Program-made: the position numbers and the translations under genes | Assembly: GCA_964549305.1 (NCBI GenBank) | Contig: CAZJVM010000001.1 | Span: 5,217 to 69,216 of the forward strand | DNA: 64,000 bases | Reading direction: 5' to 3' | From: an uncultured bacterium | Lineage (GTDB): Bacteria; Schekmanbacteria; GWA2-38-11; J061 | Shown here: one piece after another, positions 61,239 to 64,000 of the stretch | How positions within the stretch are numbered: the first letter of the stretch is position 1 | Layout of the letters: every line of letters starts with the position of its first letter | The notes under the pieces: generated by a model | The model's database searches: none | Told to the model about the DNA's origin: nothing | The model's input: the letters and a program-made list of their open reading frames with translations, nothing else

Positions 61239-62739
61239 AGGGTTCACTGTGAAAGATGCAAATCTGAAAACAAAAATCACAAAATACCTCCTTGTGGCAA
61301 TGACACTTCTTTTTCTTTTCTTTCTCCTGTTCAACATTCAGTATTCATATGAGGGGATAGTAGGTTACGACGGTTATTACCACATTAAAATAGCAAAAAA
61401 TATGGGAGAGAAAGGAGTTCTATCTCCCGATGCGTCGCTGATGTATCTTCCGGGAGGTGAGCAATTTGTTGACCATCACTACCTCTATCACATACTGCTT
61501 ATACCATTCACCTTTTCCAATCTCATTGACGGTGCCAAGAATTCGGCTATATTTTTTGATATGCTTCTGCTGATGGTTTTATCGTATATTTTGATAAAGC
61601 TTGATGTTAAAAATCCATATCTCTGGATTCTTGTACTCTTCTCTTTGTCTGAAACGTTTATCTTCAGGTTGTCTCTTCCGCGCGCAACTATACCTTCGCT
61701 AATAATCCTCATTTTAGCCTGGTATTTTATGATAAAGGAAAAATATATTCCTCTGGCAGGATTATCCTTACTTTTCCCGAGTTTCTACGGAGGATATACG
61801 GCGATTTTTATACCTCTCTCTGCTGTCATATGTTCTGTATATATAAGGAATAAACGATTTAATTACAAAGTGGTTATTGCTGTTATATCAGGTGTTACAT
61901 TAGGTAATATAATTAATCCTTTTTTTCCCGACAACCTGAAATTTATCTATCTTCAGACTACTTCTGCGGGACTTTTCAGAGTGGCAAGAGGTGGTTCGGA
62001 GTGGATGTCATTTGCGCCGGAAGAATTTATAAGGACGCAGTTTGCTTTTATCTTTCTTTTTTTGGTTACGCTTTATATTGCGGCAATTGACGACAAAAAG
62101 ATGAATAAGGAGGCATTGTCCCTTTTCTTTATCTCCCTTCCTTTGATTGCAATCAGTTTTTTCTGGCGAAGATTTATAGAATTGTCGGTGCCCTTTTCAT
62201 TGCTCTTTTCGGCAACGGTTTTCAGAGATTGCACTTTGGATAATATTACGGGATTTAGTAAGGGGGGTAAAAAAATATCGTCTGCTCTCGTGATATTCCT
62301 CACGGTCTTTTTCAGCGCGGGGAGTTATTATACGGCAAAATCGGCAACCGAGGAGATTAAATCGGATTTTCGTTCTCCCGGAAGGTACAGTCAGGGAGCA
62401 AAATGGATTTACGAAAATGCTCCGGGAATACCTGTGTATCTTACCGATTGGGATGACTATCCGGAACTCTATTTTTATAATTCCTTTAATAGGTATCTTA
62501 TAGGTCTTGACCCCGCGTTTCTCTATATTTATGATAAAGAAATGTATAAAATATGGATAGAAATTAATGCCGGAAAATATAAGGGCGATTTAAAGAAGGC
62601 GTTTACTGAAGTATTTAAAACCCCGCTAATATTTACTGACAATACTCACGGTGATTTTGTAAGATATAGTTCCGGATATGATTGGATTAAATTGCGATAC
62701 AGCGATTCCTATTGTAAAATATACAGCATTATTCCCTGA
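61222..62739 (+). CDS. Polytopic membrane protein with GT-C-like architecture (~11-12 TM helices plus ~130-aa C-terminal extracytoplasmic domain); putative glycosyltransferase
   Basis: The first loop after TM1 carries an acidic/aromatic motif (EGIVGYDGYYH). Many TM helices follow. The C-terminal soluble domain begins LTDWDDYPELYFY, reminiscent of the WWDYG motif position in STT3/PglB-type transferases. This was judged by eye only. Confidence 0.4.
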   Translation: MQLTGKGFTVKDANLKTKITKYLLVAMTLLFLFFLLFNIQYSYEGIVGYDGYYHIKIAKNMGEKGVLSPDASLMYLPGGEQFVDHHYLYHILLIPFTFSNLIDGAKNSAIFFDMLLLMVLSYILIKLDVKNPYLWILVLFSLSETFIFRLSLPRATIPSLIILILAWYFMIKEKYIPLAGLSLLFPSFYGGYTAIFIPLSAVICSVYIRNKRFNYKVVIAVISGVTLGNIINPFFPDNLKFIYLQTTSAGLFRVARGGSEWMSFAPEEFIRTQFAFIFLFLVTLYIAAIDDKKMNKEALSLFFISLPLIAISFFWRRFIELSVPFSLLFSATVFRDCTLDNITGFSKGGKKISSALVIFLTVFFSAGSYYTAKSATEEIKSDFRSPGRYSQGAKWIYENAPGIPVYLTDWDDYPELYFYNSFNRYLIGLDPAFLYIYDKEMYKIWIEINAGKYKGDLKKAFTEVFKTPLIFTDNTHGDFVRYSSGYDWIKLRYSDSYCKIYSIIP

Positions 62740-62763
62740 CTATGCCGTTACGGAGGAAATGAA

Positions 62764-63504
62764 ATGAGAAAGTGTCTTCTTTTAATTCTTGTGTTTGTAT
62801 TTATAAGCACTCTTCCCGCATTTGCCATTTATAAATGGACCGATTCAAATGGTGTCGTGCATTTTACGGATTATCCTCCCAAAAACAGCGACAAAGAATA
62901 CGAAGACGTGGATTTTAACAAAAACCTTTCTGATATGAACGATTCCTTCGGAGACGGACTCATAGGCAAAGGATGGATTCGTTTTAATATTGACAACTCC
63001 GATATTCTCGATGAATCAGGGGATTCGCTAACGATTAACGCTCCCGGGGACAGCGACATATGGTATGACAGGTTTGATGCTCCGGTTCTTTTCAAAAAAA
63101 TCAAGAAGGCAGACAAGAATTTTACGGTGGAAGTTAAGCTTCATTTTGAGACAAACGGTTCAGACAAGGGAGGGGTTGTCATCTGGACTGATAAAAGCGG
63201 CAAGGGAGATGTGGTACTTATCTGTAAATCAAAGGATGAGGATATCAATTTCAGAAGAATAATCGGTTCCGATTCGCAGAAGGGGACCGAACCTACCTAC
63301 GACAAGGAAAACGTGATATTCAGGTTAAGCAGGGAAGAGGATAGAATCAAAGGGTCATACAGCGAGGACGGAGGCGACTGGACTGACCTTGGCGAAGTCG
63401 ACTTCCCGATGGAAGGTCCTCTCAATATAGGTATTTTCGGTTGTTCGTGGAAATCCAATCCAGCGAAGATAATATTCGATTACTTTTCAGTGAGTGAGCA
63501 ATAG
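62764..63504 (+). CDS. Secreted DUF4124-domain protein with C-terminal concanavalin/LamG-like beta-sandwich region
   Basis: Signal peptide (MRKCLLLILVFVFISTLPAFA), then YKWTDSNGVVHFTDYPP, the DUF4124 signature. The C-terminal ~170 aa are beta-rich. Confidence 0.5.
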   Translation: MRKCLLLILVFVFISTLPAFAIYKWTDSNGVVHFTDYPPKNSDKEYEDVDFNKNLSDMNDSFGDGLIGKGWIRFNIDNSDILDESGDSLTINAPGDSDIWYDRFDAPVLFKKIKKADKNFTVEVKLHFETNGSDKGGVVIWTDKSGKGDVVLICKSKDEDINFRRIIGSDSQKGTEPTYDKENVIFRLSREEDRIKGSYSEDGGDWTDLGEVDFPMEGPLNIGIFGCSWKSNPAKIIFDYFSVSEQ

Positions 63505-63511
63505 AAAAGAA

Positions 63512-63976
63512 TCATTGCTCGTTTTGAACCTTTTTCGCAATTACAGCAAAAAATGGTTTTTGACTCTCATTACTTTCATACATACCTTCCGCTATATGAT
63601 ATCCTTTTCCGAGGACAACTGTTGTTTTAATATACTTCTTTTTCTTCGATAAACTTTTTGAAATTATTCTGCCGTCAACGGAAAGAGTGAAATTCCCCCT
63701 GGAAAAAATATAGAGGCGATAAGCGCCTTTTTCAGTTGTACGAATAATCGAATTGAACGTTGCCTGAGAAAAATCACCGATGCTTGCAATTAGCGGGAAT
63801 ATATTATTTCCAGTTTTCTCTTTTTCCGCGAAGGGGTTAAAAGATATTACAGTATTCTTCCAAATATCTTTTTGCTTACCGAAGAGGATAAAATCATTTT
63901 CCGTTGATTTGTCCAGACTTTTATAAATAGACAGAAGAGGGACACCGTTATGATTATTTGAAAAAACCGGTATCAT
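63512..63976 (-). CDS. Hypothetical protein (N-terminus may extend beyond the window end)
   Basis: 154-aa ORF from the first Met. The reading frame may continue upstream past position 64000. No motifs I recognise. Confidence 0.35.
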   Translation of the reverse strand: MIPVFSNNHNGVPLLSIYKSLDKSTENDFILFGKQKDIWKNTVISFNPFAEKEKTGNNIFPLIASIGDFSQATFNSIIRTTEKGAYRLYIFSRGNFTLSVDGRIISKSLSKKKKYIKTTVVLGKGYHIAEGMYESNESQKPFFAVIAKKVQNEQ

Positions 63977-64000
63977 CTGCTCCGTATAAAATTCCTCTTC

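Noticed and set aside
1-64000. CRISPR arrays, insertion sequences or other mobile elements
   Set aside because: No tandem short direct repeats, transposase-like ORFs or phage structural genes were seen on either strand. The window looks like a core chromosome with one accessory-looking cluster at 57.3-63.5 kb.

Overview
The window is mostly a syntenic core-chromosome segment of an AT-rich diderm bacterium (the LptF/G permease, sigma-54 machinery, an MglA-like GTPase and type IV minor pilins support this). No transposases, phage blocks or CRISPR arrays were seen. Gene order, + strand unless marked:

- 5' region: guaA 3' end, lytic transglycosylase, PilZ-domain protein (-), hypothetical GATase1-like protein (-), pheA, M50 protease, trpS, mfd.
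- Regulatory cluster: divergent hybrid PAS histidine kinase (-) and NtrC-family sigma-54 activator (+). A near-consensus sigma-54 promoter follows, then flhG, fliA, a degenerate histidine-kinase-like protein and flgM.
- gshA (T. ferrooxidans type) and gshB, two small hypotheticals, UvrD-family helicase, HD dGTPase-like protein, Ppx/GppA, TolB-like lipoprotein, fbp (-), lptF/G, gamma-carbonic anhydrase (-), xerD.
- LpxL-like acyltransferase fused to a glutaredoxin-like domain, truA, tRNA-Val(GAC), thrS-infC-rpmI-rplT-pheS-pheT, zapB-zapA, a candidate 6S RNA, 5-formyl-THF cyclo-ligase, rny, MglA-like GTPase (-).
- truB-rpsO-pnp, M16 peptidase, purB-purS-purC-purQ-purL-purF, YihY-family membrane protein (-).
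- 3' end, the most accessory-looking part: a pilV-pilW-pilX minor-pilin operon, two tandem paralogous small signal-peptide-bearing peptides with an identical C-terminal tail, a TPR lipoprotein, a GT-C-like polytopic membrane protein and a DUF4124 secreted protein.

The best candidate for an undescribed system is the peptide pair together with the TPR lipoprotein and GT-C-like membrane protein attached to the minor-pilin operon. The pseudo-kinase between fliA and flgM under sigma-54 control and the orphan extended MglA are secondary leads.
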